A stretch of 64,000 bases of DNA from Octopus sinensis (GCF_006345805.1 NC_042997.1:120776001-120840000); one strand, 5' to 3'. Shown: positions 38,801-53,040, counted from the stretch's first letter. The notes: generated by a model not told the origin, from the sequence alone. Numbers and translations: made by a program.

Positions 38801-41800
38801 CAAATGAACCCAAGTGTGAAAAGAGCAAAATTAAAGCGTTGAAGGTGAAATATAGGGTGTCCATTTAACTCTTGATTGGAAAGATCTCCATGTCTTTAGC
38901 ATTTCTACAGCCATTTCTTTTAACGAAGAAATGGAAATTGAGGAGAAAAATTGTGCATAGAAAACAAGCCTTGAGCTGCATTTAACTACATGATTTATTT
39001 AGTTCTAGGTTTGTATGCGCAGGGTTGGTTTCGTGCATAAGATGGGTGCATATTAAAATTTAATTGCATTTTACGTGTGTAAAGGTGAAGTAAATACCCT
39101 CGCCCGTGCGTATGGTGTGGATCATTGTATGTGCATTAAGCAGTGTGGACGGGTGCGTTTGTGTGTCTGAGAATATCTGCCTGTTTTCTGCGAAGCTGTT
39201 GTTCACACTGTCTGTATATACAATGCAAATTATGTCTTGGGTATGTGTTTTTGTAATTCAAATATTTCTTTCATGTTCCATTTATACAATAATTTGTTTC
39301 GTTTCACAATTTGTGAGCTTGATTTTGGTGGTGGGGACAGCTTTTTGGCAGAGTGTGTAAGCATGTATACAACGAGAAATCCCGTGGTTAATTAGTGAAA
39401 ACGAGATTACAATTTGCTTGACACGCTTAATAAGCCTCAAGATGGAATTGGACACAGAAACAAGCATTTCCTAAGCGGAAGGATTTACCACAATGCTTTA
39501 GATTATATTTCACAATTGCTTTGTTCAGTCAAATAAAGATTTTAATTTAATGTAAGGAAACGCCAGAGAGATTGTGAATTTCTTTGTTTTCGCTTTACAG
39601 CTATGATCGGTTTTGTTCCCCAATAGCATATCTCAAAATTATTTCTTGCTCTAACTCCGTATTTTATTCAAACATAGTGACCCTGAGTTTACATTATACC
39701 ATAAAGCCCTATCTTATTTCAACGGAGAATGGACGTTATAGAAACATTTACTCGATGTTATTTCTAACTGGATTACTGACGTTTCTGTCGTTAGTTCGAT
39801 GCCTCTGATGCTATGTTTAATAGTAAATCGTTCTATTTTTATCGAATGGTAAACATTAACATCAAACTTCCACCTGAACATTACACTCTAGGACCTGTTC
39901 AAGGGACAATAATTATTTAAAAAAAGAGCAATAATAAATGCATTCACCTTGTCAAAATATATATTTGAATTTACACTCATCTTTATTACATTCTTTTTAT
40001 AACTAATAGCTTCCGCTTTTAGTGTAGGTTTAATATTCCGAAGTAAACTCTAAGCTTTGGTTAATCCGATAATGCGTCAAAGAAACAAATGAGTGCAGCT
40101 CATCAAATGCAAAGCATTCTATCTAAGTGAATGTAATCTTTCTGGTACTGATCTCTTGGCTGCAGATATATCTTATGTAGAAATAACATTTCATATTATT
40201 ACGTCTAACATCTGTATTTTCAAATATCGTCTGAGATTTCAATTTTATTGACAAATTATTTGTAATTTGAACAAAACATTTGAATTAATAAACGATTGCT
40301 GGTATATACATTGCTTTATTTTGATGAGTTTCCACTTCACCGTTTGGTGAATACAACTTATTTTCGACAAAAACAGTTTGTTATACTTCCAAAATCAGTC
40401 ATATTATTCAAACAAACACCGTATTAGAATGCAATAAAACAAAGTATAATTAAAGTAGTAATTATCTTTAAAAAAATTATTCATCAATTTAGATTTTCAA
40501 ATAATCTAGTATTTAAATTTTCGAAGGTACAATTCTAAATCAAAATGAAGCAAAAGAAAATAAAAAAAACAAAAGGAAAACATAGAACAAGGAGATCAAA
40601 GAAAATAAATAATATAAAATAAAAACATTGAATTAATCTGCAGATGAGAGATTATTGAAGAAAGAAATTGTTTACAAGCGAACAAATTTAAATCACTTTC
40701 GTCCTGTATTATTCATACAATTTTGATATTTCGATAACGAATTATTGACAATGAGGTTATATTATAGTTAAATTGTAGAAGCAAATAAAATGCGATAAAA
40801 TAAACACAATTTCGTTAAAAATAATAAAGTACTAAGACTTTCAATAATACGTATATTACGTGTGTAATTCGAGAGTACTGATAGTCTTCAAATATAACAA
40901 AACCACAATTGCTTTAAACATTTGAAACGCTTTGGTCTACTTATACGCTTCTAAATGTGAATGATAAATACATTTTCGTAGCTGTTCGTGAGTGCCGGAA
41001 AATATTCACTAAAATTGGAATTATTTCGCCTATTGTTTATCAAACAGAACAGTTTTTAATTATTTGAGTATTTAGTATAAATCAAGTCAAATCTCATATA
41101 ATACTGAAAAAGATAGAAGAAAGCGAATACATTAAAATAGTGTTGAATTATAAGATTCCAAAGAAACACAAGATTTTAAAGTGGGTGGATTGGACTATTG
41201 TTGCCAAGTAAAAGCAAGAACAATAAAATTTGTGTAACTTAACTGTGAAAATGTAATTATATAAGATGACAGCAAAATGTATTTAAACACAAAATTACAT
41301 TATTAAGCTATGATAATATGTCGAGATATTGCTGGCGTGATTATCTGGGTAGGGTGCTATCTTTGTAACGACGTGGTTTTGTGTTTGTCTACACGGCACC
41401 TATATAGGTGGCTGGGGACTGAGTGAGAAGAAACAAACGGATGGAGACAGACATACAGAGAGAGCAAGAGAGACAGACAGACAGACATACAGACAGACAG
41501 ACATACAGACAGACAGACATAGGCATAGAAAGGCAAAGAGACAGAGTGATGTGTCAATGCGTGTGGGCAAACTTGTTCGTATTCGTCCAAGCTTCACAAA
41601 CAATTTATCGCAGTTGACGTCCCTGGAAATTTCTTCTGTAGGATCTCGATTGGGGAATTTCCAAATTGAATAAGTTTCTGGATCGATTTTCTCAAATTAA
41701 TAAATTTCAACTCATTAATTCAGCATGGCTGCAGTTTGGCCGTAGTTCAATGATTGAAACAAGCAATAAAAGAATTGAACAATGAAATATTTTGATAGTG

Positions 41801-41814
41801 TGTAGTGTTGGCGG

Positions 41815-42098
41815 TTGTTGCTTGTTCCTTCTCGAGCCACGCCTGGCTCATAAGGGCCGGTTTCCCGGTTTCCTAGGCGTATAGGTTCCCTCGCAGGTGA
41901 GCTGTAAGATGCATGAGCAAAGAGTGGGAGAAAGTTGTGGCGAAAGAGTCAGCAAAAGTTCGCCATTACCTTCTGCCGGAGCCGCGTGGAGCATAGGTGT
42001 TCCACTCATAAACACACACATCGCCCGGTCTGAGATTCGAACACGCGGTCCCTCGACCGCGAGTTCGCTGTTCTAACCACTAGGCTATGTGCCTCCAC
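41815..42098 (-). mobile_element. tRNA-derived SINE
   Basis: Reverse complement of the 32343-type element. Confidence 0.85.
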
Positions 42099-42630
42099 AA
42101 GCGTAGGAGTTTAGGGCATTAAGTAACAGGGATAATTCCTTTACACAGAGATTAAAAAGCTTGAAATGTTTAGCTGATTAAAACAGTTTAATGTAACAAG
42201 ACGAAATGACAATCGAGTGACAGGCTCGGTAGAGTGCGCCCTTAGAGAATATTATTCCATATCTTTCAACTACGCTCATTCCAGATACTATATTACAGCA
42301 TGTGTGAGATTCAACAACACAGAACATACTCAATATGACATCATGTATCGCATGGTCTTGCTTAAGAAACCAAAGAAAAATCTTAATGATTTGTGTCCGT
42401 GCAGCCTCTTTGCAGCGAATATTGCAAACTGCTTAACTAATATTGATCGATCAAATCTTAGGCGTTAACGAGCAACTCTGTCCTCATAGTGAATAGCGGC
42501 TGTACTCTATTCGTATTTCTAAAGAAATTACTTATGTTTTCCCAATACAATCTAACAAGGGCTCTTAATCACAAAAGAAGTTTTACTCCTTTTCAAATTC
42601 AATTTTGAAGGAACACACACATGCACATAA

Positions 42631-42800
42631 ATATATACGACGGGCTTCTTGCAGTTTCCGTCTTCCAAATCCACTCACAAGGATTTGGTCGGCCCGAGAC
42701 TATAGTAGAAAACACTTGCCCAAGATGCCACGCAGTGGAACTGAACGAGGAACAATGTGATTGGTAAGCAAGCTACGTACCACACAGCCACTCCTGCGCC
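42631..42800 (-). mobile_element. CORE-like tRNA SINE (head and body)
   Basis: Minus strand ggcgcaggagtggctgtgtgg..gttcagttccactgcgtggcatcttgggcaagtg (CORE-like cttgggcaagt). Confidence 0.85.
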
Positions 42801-42834
<34 letters not shown>

Positions 42835-43473
42835 ATAAAATTCATTAGCTTACGTCTGTTTCCACTGTGAGGAGTCATGTATTTCAAGCGTGTAGCTCTG
42901 ATTAAAGTACAAGGTCTTCCTTAGGGACGCAAATATAAATCCACCACACGGAATAGGGGAAACAGATATAAGCTATTAATGTTTATAAAATAGTTGCTTA
43001 ACTCGTCTAACGCTTCGTTCACAAGAATACATATAATGAGCGATATGTGCCAGTGAAAATGATCTTAGAAAGCGTCATGTTTTTCCAAAATATTTCAAGT
43101 GCTTATGCAATATCAAGAAGGCATAGAGTCACTATCCTCACTATCACATTTATCTCATTAGAATATCGAACATGTGGCAGCTGAGAGGAAACGAGGTTTC
43201 ACCAGTGCCTCACTAGGAGATATTTTCCCGCGCATAAAATGCTGAAAACTGACATGAAACGTATTACTGAGGGAACACAACACTGACATTGCCAGGGATC
43301 GAATCCAAAGCCGAAAGATCATAAGCGTGATCCTCATTTATCACTTCATTATTCATTTAGTTCTGCTTGTATATGCGACTTGCATTTAATGTCATTATTG
43401 CATATATATGTGTGTGTGTGAGTGTGTATATGTCTATGTGTATATTTACACTTATGCATGCACACAGAAACAA

Positions 43474-43521
<48 letters not shown>

Positions 43522-44354
43522 ATGCGATTAATGCAAATCGCGAAGCATGTTGCTCTTGGTCATTTATACTATTAAATAAGAAATACCTTAATTCCTTCGT
43601 AATTTAATGTTGAAGATCTTCTAAAGGCGTAAATCCCTCTAAAGCTAAGCAATTATGGAGCCTCTACATGAATGCCCAGCTTTCAATAAGTAGTAATAAA
43701 ATTTAAATCAAATCACAATATACCATCTTCAATAAGTAACACATTTGAGGATGCGATTTTCAATGAATTGTGAAACAATGGTCAGCTTGTCAGAGATTAT
43801 AGGTCATCTCGACAACAGTGGTTCAGTGCCCACAAAGCAAATGCACTCTGAACGAGCAAAACCGTGCTTCATCTAATTCCGTTGTCTTATTTGTGCACAG
43901 GCGGTTTTGGCAACAAGTTTGCTTGTAAACCAAATGATTCCAAGTTCAGTTCTAACTTCGAGGCGCTTTTGGCAAGTGTCTTCTTCTATGGTCACGGGTT
44001 GTCCAAATCATATTTATGCTTAAATTAGAAGAATTTCTCTACATTGCAAGTTGTGGCTGAACAACAACGTCAGACTCATATATATATATTGTCCTTTATA
44101 AGAAAGCCTGAATACTATTTCATCATGCTTTCAATGAAAATACCTGAATGCTGCACGTAGCTAGCGGAGTCTAGTTACACAGTGTTGCTGTAGGAATGCT
44201 TGTGTGTAATGACGTATATCTTTATACGTCTATAAATATATAGATATATAGAAAGAGTCATACTGCATAGATAAACATGAAAACATGAATAGTTGTGCAT
44301 GCCACTCATTGAGGCACTCGAGCATTAGAAAAGGATGTGATTATTATTTTTGTT

Positions 44355-44425
44355 CCAGAGATAGACAAAGGTTTTGACCGTGTTTGGCATGCGAATCTTC
44401 GCACAAAACTTACTTCGTACGTGTT
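44355..44425 (+). mobile_element. Tiny LINE RT relic
   Basis: Translates IDKGFDRVWHANLRTKLTSY, resembling the RT motif D-SKAFDRVWH-GL-KL-SY. Confidence 0.5.
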
Positions 44426-44698
44426 TCGACATTTTCTAAACAGTGGTCCTTGAAGATGGTTAGGTTGCAGAGCCTTTTCACGAACCTACCACAAACAAAT
44501 GTGCTAATTCGTACCTCACCTAAACATCAGTTTCTGCAAAATTCTGCGTGACCATGCGTTTCTTGCGGGTACTGTTCTCCAACATAAACAGCTACGTAAA
44601 GCCTCAAATCGCATGAGAATCATAAAATATAGAACCTGCGCATTCTATGATTTTATATGTGTGAATATGCATACATGTTTATATGCATGCATATATAT

Positions 44699-44740
<42 letters not shown>

Positions 44741-44841
44741 AAGGTTTGGAGATGAATATATAAATATATATATATGTGTGTGTGTGTGTGTTTGTATATA
44801 TGTATATATGTGTATATATATATATATATACATATATGTAT

Positions 44842-44844
<3 letters not shown>

Positions 44845-44909
<65 letters not shown>

Positions 44910-44987
44910 GCAGACAAATCGATAGATAGATAGATGGGTAAATAGATAAATAAATAGATAGACACACAGTTAGATAGATAGACAGAC

Positions 44988-45078
<91 letters not shown>
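44845..45078. repeat. (GATA)n microsatellite (another at ~60862-60970)
   Basis: Directly visible. Explains the SIYL-repeat ORFs. Confidence 0.97.
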
Positions 45079-45079
<1 letters not shown>

Positions 45080-45527
45080 GAAGAATTGTTTGAACTTAAA
45101 CGATGGCATAGAAGACATCGAAAACAGTGTAATAGGAAGGTACCATCTAATTGCAACATCATTCGTCTGTGACTAACATCAGGAAGCTAGACTGCGAACA
45201 CGAGTTACTTTAATTCCTCAGCTGTACATTTCCCCAAACGCACTACAGAACGTTTCGCAAATTTTTCATCTGAGAATTTTAGAATGAAATTCGATCTTGC
45301 TTTCAGTAACACATTAGAGCAAATAATCCAGCTGTACAATTCCTCAAAGAAAACAGAAGACATTCAAACATTACATGACGTAGACATCTTCCTAACATTC
45401 ATCATCTGAGAGTAAATATTGAGTGTTTTAGATATTCTCACGGAAAAAGTTCGAGACCAAATGTTTTACTTTGAATAATGCAGCCATGGAGGTAGCAGTC
45501 AGGTAGCTTCGAAAAAATAAAATGAGG

Positions 45528-45566
<39 letters not shown>

Positions 45567-45615
45567 TTTTGGTTTGCAAGATTCTTTATATGAGTTCGTG
45601 TGTTGAAGCATATTC

Positions 45616-45779
45616 TGTTGTATCTGGGGAGAGTCAGTTTCTTTTTGTGCCTTATAATATAACACACTCACCGGTAAAATTTCCATAAAATAAAAAATAA
45701 GAAAAAAGTGGAAATTTTACCAGTGAGTGTGTTATATTATAAGGCACAAAATGAAAATGACTCTCCCCAGACACAACAG
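45616..45779. repeat. Small fold-back, ~71-bp arms and ~21-bp spacer, between (TA)n tracts
   Basis: ctgttgtatctggggagagtca..aacacactcaccggtaaaatttcca / tggaaattttaccagtgagtgtgtt..tgactctccccagacacaacag. Confidence 0.9.
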
Positions 45780-45810
<31 letters not shown>

Positions 45811-45843
45811 TGATCAAAATAAAAACATGATGCCAAGGATTCA

Positions 45844-45921
45844 GCGGTACATATGTTTCGGGCCTTTATTAGACAGATTTATAACAATGCATAATGTATG
45901 TCTGTGGCCTTCTTCAGCCGC
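45844..45921 (-). ncRNA. Type-I hammerhead ribozyme in the left (inverted) arm
   Basis: Reverse complement of 49592-49669. Confidence 0.7.
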
Positions 45922-46842
45922 GCACAACAGCTTCCACAAGGACATGTGTTACATCAAAAATTCTTGGTTGGGGATGCAAATCCTCTCATTCGCGTACGAC
46001 ATAATGCGGCAACAGCATAGAATTGAAGCGTCCATCTCTTTCTTCTCTCAATGTAGAATGAGGAAATTTGGATGTTGAAGTAATGTAAATAAATAAATAC
46101 ATATATAGACGTGAAGATGGAGGGGCGAGAATTCAGGACGAGGGATAAAAAATGTATATATAAAAAGTGTAAGTATAGAAAAATGTAGAGTATAAAGATA
46201 TAAAGGGATATAAGGCATAAGGTTATAAAGTAAAGATAGAAATAGAAATAAAAGTAAAAAGTAAAAAAATAAGAGTAAAAAGTAAAAAAATAAAAAAGTA
46301 AACAAATAAAAATGTAAAAAAATATAAAGATAAGGGATAGAGTTTAGTTGTAGAAGTTGTCTGGGGACCTAGTGTGTTGTAAATCAGAGCTGTTGAGAGT
46401 TTAATCTAGTTCTTTGAATTAGTCATCTTGTACATACATACCATCATGGATACATACACCCATATACACGCGCACATATACGCGCGCATACACGGCTCCA
46501 AGCCTATAAGCATACACACGCACTCAGTGTAAACATGTACATAAACACACATACACCCACACGCACGCGCGTACATCTACATACATACAACAGAATATCC
46601 GCATGTATACACGGACATTATACGTGTACACACCTATATATACATACGTGCGTCCACCCTTACATACACATACACATATGCCCACGCTTCCAGGTTTAGA
46701 TATAAGATATTAAAGGATGTATATAAGAACGTATGTAAAGAATCACGCACTCACGTCCACACGTGCACGCACACATGGCTGTGTGTCCATATGTGCGTGC
46801 ACATATACACTTACATACACACACAGAGATATACGTGCATAG

Positions 46843-47566
46843 GATTTCCTACTCTACCCTGCCCAACATGAGCTGCCTCATAGCTAAACATAACTATATT
46901 AATATTAGAACAGCTAGATCAAGAGCAAGCTATAGCGACCAACCGAACCCCCCTCATCCAGATAGTAGACAATATAATCAGACTGGCAGCCATATTACCC
47001 AAACAGTTAGTAATAACACCCGCCAACACAACAGAGGAAATACTACACCCATCAACAACCAGGAGGATATCAACGCCCCCACTCGTATTGCAACACCTCC
47101 GCCTGGGATTAGCAGCACACGACCGAATAATGCAATGCAATGCAACTGCATATGTGCATCAGAGTGCCCGCTACAGGGCGCATGTAGGGCGAAAAACGTA
47201 ATATATTCATGTGAGGTGAGTACCCAGTTTAACACACTCACCTACATAGGTTGCTCAACCTCCTGGGAATCCAGATACTACAACCACCGGTCCTCGCTGA
47301 AGCACAGACATAAGGCTAACAGCACCTCCCTTTCTAAAAAAATTTGGGAATTAAAAGACAAATGCATAGGCTTCAAACTCAGGTGGTCCATCATCGGATC
47401 AGCTGCACCTTATTTAAATAATAGAGCAGGATGCCAACTATGTTGCGTAGAACTCCTGAACATCTTGAAATTCAAAGACAAACACAATCTTATTAACAAA
47501 AGGTCAGAGTTCAAACCATCCTGTATACACAAACTTATTAATACTTTCAAATACTACAAAGCTTAG
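46843..47566 (+). CDS. PLE ORF 3' fragment: RT C-terminal remnant, linker and GIY-YIG endonuclease (no stop for ~240 codons)
   Basis: ISYSTLPNM..KHN; CNCICASECPLQGAC (CxCx5Cx5C); NVIY..TYIG..SRYYNH..TSLSKKIWELK; CQLC..ELL..NKRSE..CIH. The first 27 aa of track ORF 46763 come from the inverted arm. Confidence 0.85.
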
Positions 47567-49591
47567 GTTATTATACCAACTCCCCCATGCAATTTCCTCC
47601 CACCCGGTGCAACCTGTCGGCTCCAGCACATCCCGCTTTCCAATATGTGCGTGTATATGCGTATATGTGTGCGTATATATATATGTATGTGCACATGTGT
47701 GTATGTATATGTATATATATATATGTGTGTGTGTGTGTGTGGGTGTGTGGGTGTGTGTATGTGCATATATGTTTCCCTGCATTTTCCTCCTATATATGCA
47801 CATTTTGTCTCCCATATATGTCTTTTTTCCCTACATATTTCTTCTCCTACACCCATATCCTTCCTATATAGTCTCTTTATTTCCCTATATCTACACCCTT
47901 TCACATTTCTAACTAGGATGTTGAACGCACACCGCCAAACTCCACTTCCCACCCTTCCAATTTTCAGTTTCCCCCGCCCGCCCCTACGTGGTCACCTTTA
48001 ACACACACCTCTAACTTTCAACCACCTTCATCTCATGTTAAACATTACCAGATTATATTTTTATTTTATTTTATTTTTATTTTTACTTTTATGTTGCTTT
48101 ATCCTATTCTACTTCGCTTTACCTTTATTCTCATTTTTATTTTCCCTTATCTTAATTCTTATAATTTTTATAATTTTTATATTTCATTTCTAACTTTTAC
48201 ATTGTATTTCTTATTTTATATTGTATTTCTTACTTTTATTTCTAATTTTTACTCTTACCCTCATTCTTACCCCTAACTTATCGCTTTATACCTCTATATA
48301 TGTCTGTTTTTTTGCTTATCCCTTATTTACTTACCTATGGATCCGCTTTATGATTATACGAGCGTCCGTGTACGTATGTATACGTATACATATGTGTACA
48401 TATGTACGAGTAAACATCTACGTCTGGATGTGCATACCCCGTATTTCTTTACATTTTTTTACATGTTTTCTTATACTCATATGTTTACACCTATTTGTAT
48501 ACATCTTTTAATATATTATAGCTATACCCATATGCGCGTATGTCTCTGTGTGTGTATGTAAGTGTATATGTGCACGCACATATGGACACACAGCCATGTG
48601 TGCGTGCACGTGTGGACGTGAGTGCGTGATTCTTTACATACGTTCTTATATACATCCTTTAATATCTTATATCTAAACCTGGAAGCGTGGGCATATGTGT
48701 ATGTGTATGTAAGGATGGACGCACGTATGTATATATGGGTGTGTACACGTATAATGTCCGTGTATACATGCGGATATTCTGTTGTATGTATGTAGATGTA
48801 CGCGCGTGCGTGTGGGTGTATGTGTGTTTATGTACATGTTTACACGTGAGTGCGTGTGTATGCTTATAGGCTTGGAGCCGTGTATGCGCGCGTATATGTG
48901 CGCGTGTATATGGGTGTATGTATCCATGATGGCATGTATGTACAAGATGACCAATTAATTCAAAGAACTAGATTAAACTCTCAACAGCTCTGATTTACAA
49001 CACACTAGGTCCCCAGACAACTTCTACAACTAAACTTTATCAATCTCCTGACCACCATGTTTGGTCCGTAACCTCTATACATCCCTTATCTTTATATTCT
49101 TATATTTTTTTACATTTTTATCATGTTTATTCCTATTTTTATTTTTTTACTTTTTATTTTTTTACGTTTTACTCTTATTTTTTTACTTTTTACTTTTATT
49201 TCTATTTCTATCTTTACTTTATAACCTTATGCCTTTACATTCATTTATATTCTTTATATTCTTTATATTCTTTATACCCCCTTTACATCTCCTTATATCC
49301 CTTTATATCTTTATACTCTACATTTTTATATTTTTCTATACTTACACTTTTTATACATACATTTTTTATCCCTCGTCCTGAATTCTCGCCCCTCCATCTT
49401 CACGTCTATATATGTATTTATTTATTTACATTACTCAATATCCAAATTTCCTCATTCTACATTGAGAGAAGAAAGAGATGGACGCTTCAATTCTATGCTG
49501 TTGCCGCATTATGTCGTACGCGAATGAGAGGATTTGCATCCCCAACCAAGAATTTTTGATGTAACACATGTCCTTGTGGAAGCTGTTGTGC

Positions 49592-49669
49592 GCGGCTGAA
49601 GAAGGCCACAGACATACATTAGGCATTGTTATAAATCTGTCTAATAAAGGCCCGAAACATATGTACCGC
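49592..49669 (+). ncRNA. Type-I hammerhead ribozyme near the PLE 3' end
   Basis: GCGG-CTGAAGA-A GGCC ACAGA..TCTGT..GGCC C-GAAAC ATAT GTA-CCGC. Palindromic stem III ACATATGT, an A.C mismatch at the base of stem II, and predicted cleavage after 49665. Confidence 0.7.
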
Positions 49670-49771
49670 TGAATCCTTGGCATCATGTTTTTATTTTGAT
49701 CAATTTACTCCACCACCTACACCACCAAACGGTATACACAGGTGCTTATAATTATCAAGTACTCACCCCGA

Positions 49772-49818
<47 letters not shown>

Positions 49819-49820
49819 TA

Positions 49821-49873
<53 letters not shown>

Positions 49874-51289
49874 TGTATATATTCACATATACATATATAT
49901 ATATAGATAAATAGATAGATAGATACATACATACATTTGTATAAATATACATAGATACACGATATACATACAAACATATCGAATTATTCAGTATTTGTAT
50001 GCGTGGATGAGAACAAACATCGGGTTGAATTTTCTATAATAAAGTTTTGAAGGCGTACCCGGTGTCTGCTATAACCTGATTACGCATAAGATCGACTTAA
50101 TAATCTACTGTTTTAGAATGAGAGCTAGAAAGAAGAAAGGTCACTTGCAAGTTAGCATCAGTTATCCGTTGTCTGTTAATAGCCACAAATTAAGACGTAA
50201 AAATAATTACTATCATTATAACAAAAGGTCATTGATTTCTTTGAAGTAACACTATTATATTATCTTTCATACTTCAAAACGCTTTTTTTTTCAACAACTC
50301 GTACATGAAAGTAATCTTTTTTCCACACAGACTATTAACGGAAGAACCATACTTATCGTAAAAAGGATATGTTCCTACAAACAATCACTGAATAATTATC
50401 AGTTTTGGATCAATAATATTTTAGAATGATCACATAAGCAGTGCCATAAAATATTATAAGCGAAAATTATCTCCATTCCAAACATTGCGTTTGTTTTTGT
50501 ATTGAAGAACAATTATTCTGACTCAGATCCCGTCTAAATATTTGTTGGCTTCTACTGTAAGCCAGCTAAACCATCTGAAAACGAATATAACAAAATAAAT
50601 CTATGAGAAAACATATTTTATATGCGTTATATAGTTACCATTTATTGTACGAATCGATAAGTATTCCTGCAATCACTTGAGGGAGAGGCAATGTCAATCC
50701 ATGTCAAAACAGACACCAGATTCAGTAACCAGTATTTCGAAGCTGTTTCATAACTAAGTTTTCCGAATAATTCTGTTCAGTTCCATATTGCTGTAATTAT
50801 TAGCCCACATAATGATTTCATCGCTATGCATTAGAGAGAGTTTCATGCATTCATACGTACATACATGCATTCATACATACATACATACATGCATACATAC
50901 ATACATACATACATACATACATACGTACATACATACAAATACAAAAAGACAAATCTGTACCTACAATGACTCCAAATACTGCACGCATACATACATACAC
51001 ACATATACAAAAATAGTCTGTTGAAGTTGGAATTCCAATGAAGGAGCCTTGGATCTAAATTAGAAACCGTCTCCTTATTGGCAAGAAATCTTCAAATAAA
51101 TCCGACTAATGACATTCATGCTTCCATATACCCAGACTAACAAAACGTTGGATAAAGTTTCAGCGTATCAAAAGCTACAGAGACTCGGCAGAGTTAGAAA
51201 AATTTTGAGTGTTTAAATAGCTTGTTAAAAGACAGAAGCGAGACAGTATCGGCCAATGAAGTTTTCTCCATTGAAACATTAATAGCGAG

Positions 51290-51405
51290 TTTAGTGATTC
51301 AGGGAAATGTCTTGGTGCAGCTGCTGTTATTAGTGGTTTTCTCAGCCATGCCGTCTGTTACGCAAGCAAACACTCTTAATAGCTATGTTGACGATACCAA
51401 AGTAG
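51290..51405 (+). mobile_element. CR1-type RT fragment
   Basis: IQGNVLVQLLLLV..SAMPSV..NSYVDDTKV corresponds to the PQG-VLGPLLF..YADD motifs. Confidence 0.6.
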
Positions 51406-51409
51406 TACA

Positions 51410-53040
51410 AGAAGGTAGGTATCCTCTCGATGTTATCTTCTACAGAAAGACTGGGTTATCGCATACCAAGAGGGTGGCTCGGTGCTCCGCATTTCTGTTG
51501 TTTTCCTTTCGCCGCTGATGCTTCTCAACTTGTTTGTTTCTGTAGCTGCTCTCTAGCGAAGCAGTTCATCCTTTCACCACAGTAATCCATCTTGTTCTGT
51601 CCTCAGCCCTCTCTTCCCAGGTGTTGACATCCACCTCACACTTGGACAAAATAGTTTTGCCAGTGTCCTTATACCTCAGTTTTGGTCTTCCTCTTGGTCT
51701 CTTGCCCTGGTTTCCTCTGGGTTTCTTTGGTCTTCCTCTTGGTCTCTTGCTCCATAGAGCATTTGCTTCGGGATTCGATGGTCATTCACTCTCCTGACAT
51801 GCCCCAGCCACCTTAGGTTTCTCATACACAAGATATCGGTCATGCTTTGAAGATTCGCCTGCGCCAGCACTTCAACATTTGTGACATTGTCGCGCCATGT
51901 TAGGCCTAAGATCTTAGGGAGACATCCAAGATCGAAAATGCCGAATCACCTTTCATGCCTGCTGTAAAAAGTCCGCGTTTCACATCCATAGAGGAGTGTG
52001 CAGAGAATACATGCTTCATAAATCCTAATCTTTGTCTTGATGTCTAATCTCTTGTCCTTTCATACTCGTTTTGTCAGCTTTCCAAATGTTGTTGCTGCCT
52101 TCCCTATCCTGACGTTAATCCCATCATCAAGTGAAGCAGTAGAATAAATGGTAGACACTAGAGAGCAGAACCTGTCCACTGTCTCAAGCTCTTTGTCATC
52201 AAGTTTGATATGGCTTTTCACTGCGCCCTCCTGACAGAGGATGATTGTCTTCTTTATACTGATGACCAAACCGAAGGTTTTGCATGTTGATGATAGGTAG
52301 TCCATCATTATTTGTAGAGTTAATTCACTGTGAGCAGCAAGTGCCGTGTTGATGTTGAAGTTGTCTGATACTAAACCGTCAAGCTAAACGGTGGCGTTCA
52401 TGTCATCATGGAACGAAACAATGAGCTGCAACAGTATTGGGGGGCAGCCTTATTTTACAAGCACCATTTACTGTCCTGATCTGCTGACTGTATCAAATGC
52501 CTTTGTCAGATCCACAAATGCTATACATAGTAGTTTTTGCTGCTCCCGGCATTTTTCTTGCAGTTGACAAATGTGAAAGATCATATCCATTGCTGAGCCG
52601 TTAGATGTAAAACCGTACTAGCTCTCTGGTAATACTCTTTTTGCTAGCTTCTGAAGCCATTTCAGAATGATCCCCACAAACGCTTTCCCAGTGATTCTCA
52701 GAAGTGAGATGCCTCTTTAGTTTATTGCAATCTCTCCTGTCCCCTATATTTTTGTAGAGAGTGATGATCTCGGGTTCTCTCATATCCTGTGGAATGTTTA
52801 CTTCCAGCCAACACGTCTTTAGTAACTTGTATAAATGTGGAAGGTGGGCAGTTTTTTCCCTTTCAACACACCAGCAGGTATATAGTCATTTCCGTGTGCT
52901 TTTCCGCATGCTAGTTCATCGATTGCACTGGAGAGTTCTCCTTCCGTTGGTGGTATATCAATTTCTGTCATTTCGGGGAACTGAGAAATGGCGTCATCAA
53001 CCTGTCCATCAACATCTCGCTCCTTTCTGTACAATTTAGA
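51410..53040 (-). mobile_element. RTE-clade LINE, decayed and internally deleted RT region
   Basis: PPTEGELSSAI..GKAHGND; IITLYKNIGDRRDC; FGLVISIKKT; RIGKAATTFGKL; LLYGCET; LRWLGHVRR..RIPKQMLYG. Confidence 0.9.

Larger units (their letters stand above)
45807..49706 (+). mobile_element. EN+ Penelope-like element, 5'-truncated, with an inverted copy of its 3' ~1 kb fused at the 5' end
   Basis: Left arm 45807-46841 is the reverse complement of right arm ~48529-49706. The spacer holds the RT C-terminal remnant, the GIY-YIG frame and 3' sequence. Both arms carry an HHR. Confidence 0.9.

Noticed and set aside
39280-39810. Minus-strand NFEICYWGTKPIIAVKR (VAVK-like) and a plus-strand acceptor at ~39599
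   Set aside because: Could be a further kinase relic or an exon, but only one or two loose motifs support it. The same applies to IYHR at ~30540.
46763-46842. N-terminal 27 aa of the 267-aa ORF as a real start
   Set aside because: It derives from the inverted non-coding arm. The fusion is an inversion junction, so the ORF is a 5'-truncated fragment.
51040-51110. Further HHR-like strings (51055 CCAATGA..GAAACCGTC; 13540-13590; 60335-60380; 62090 CTGATGA)
   Set aside because: Each lacks either a core half or pairing in stems I-III.
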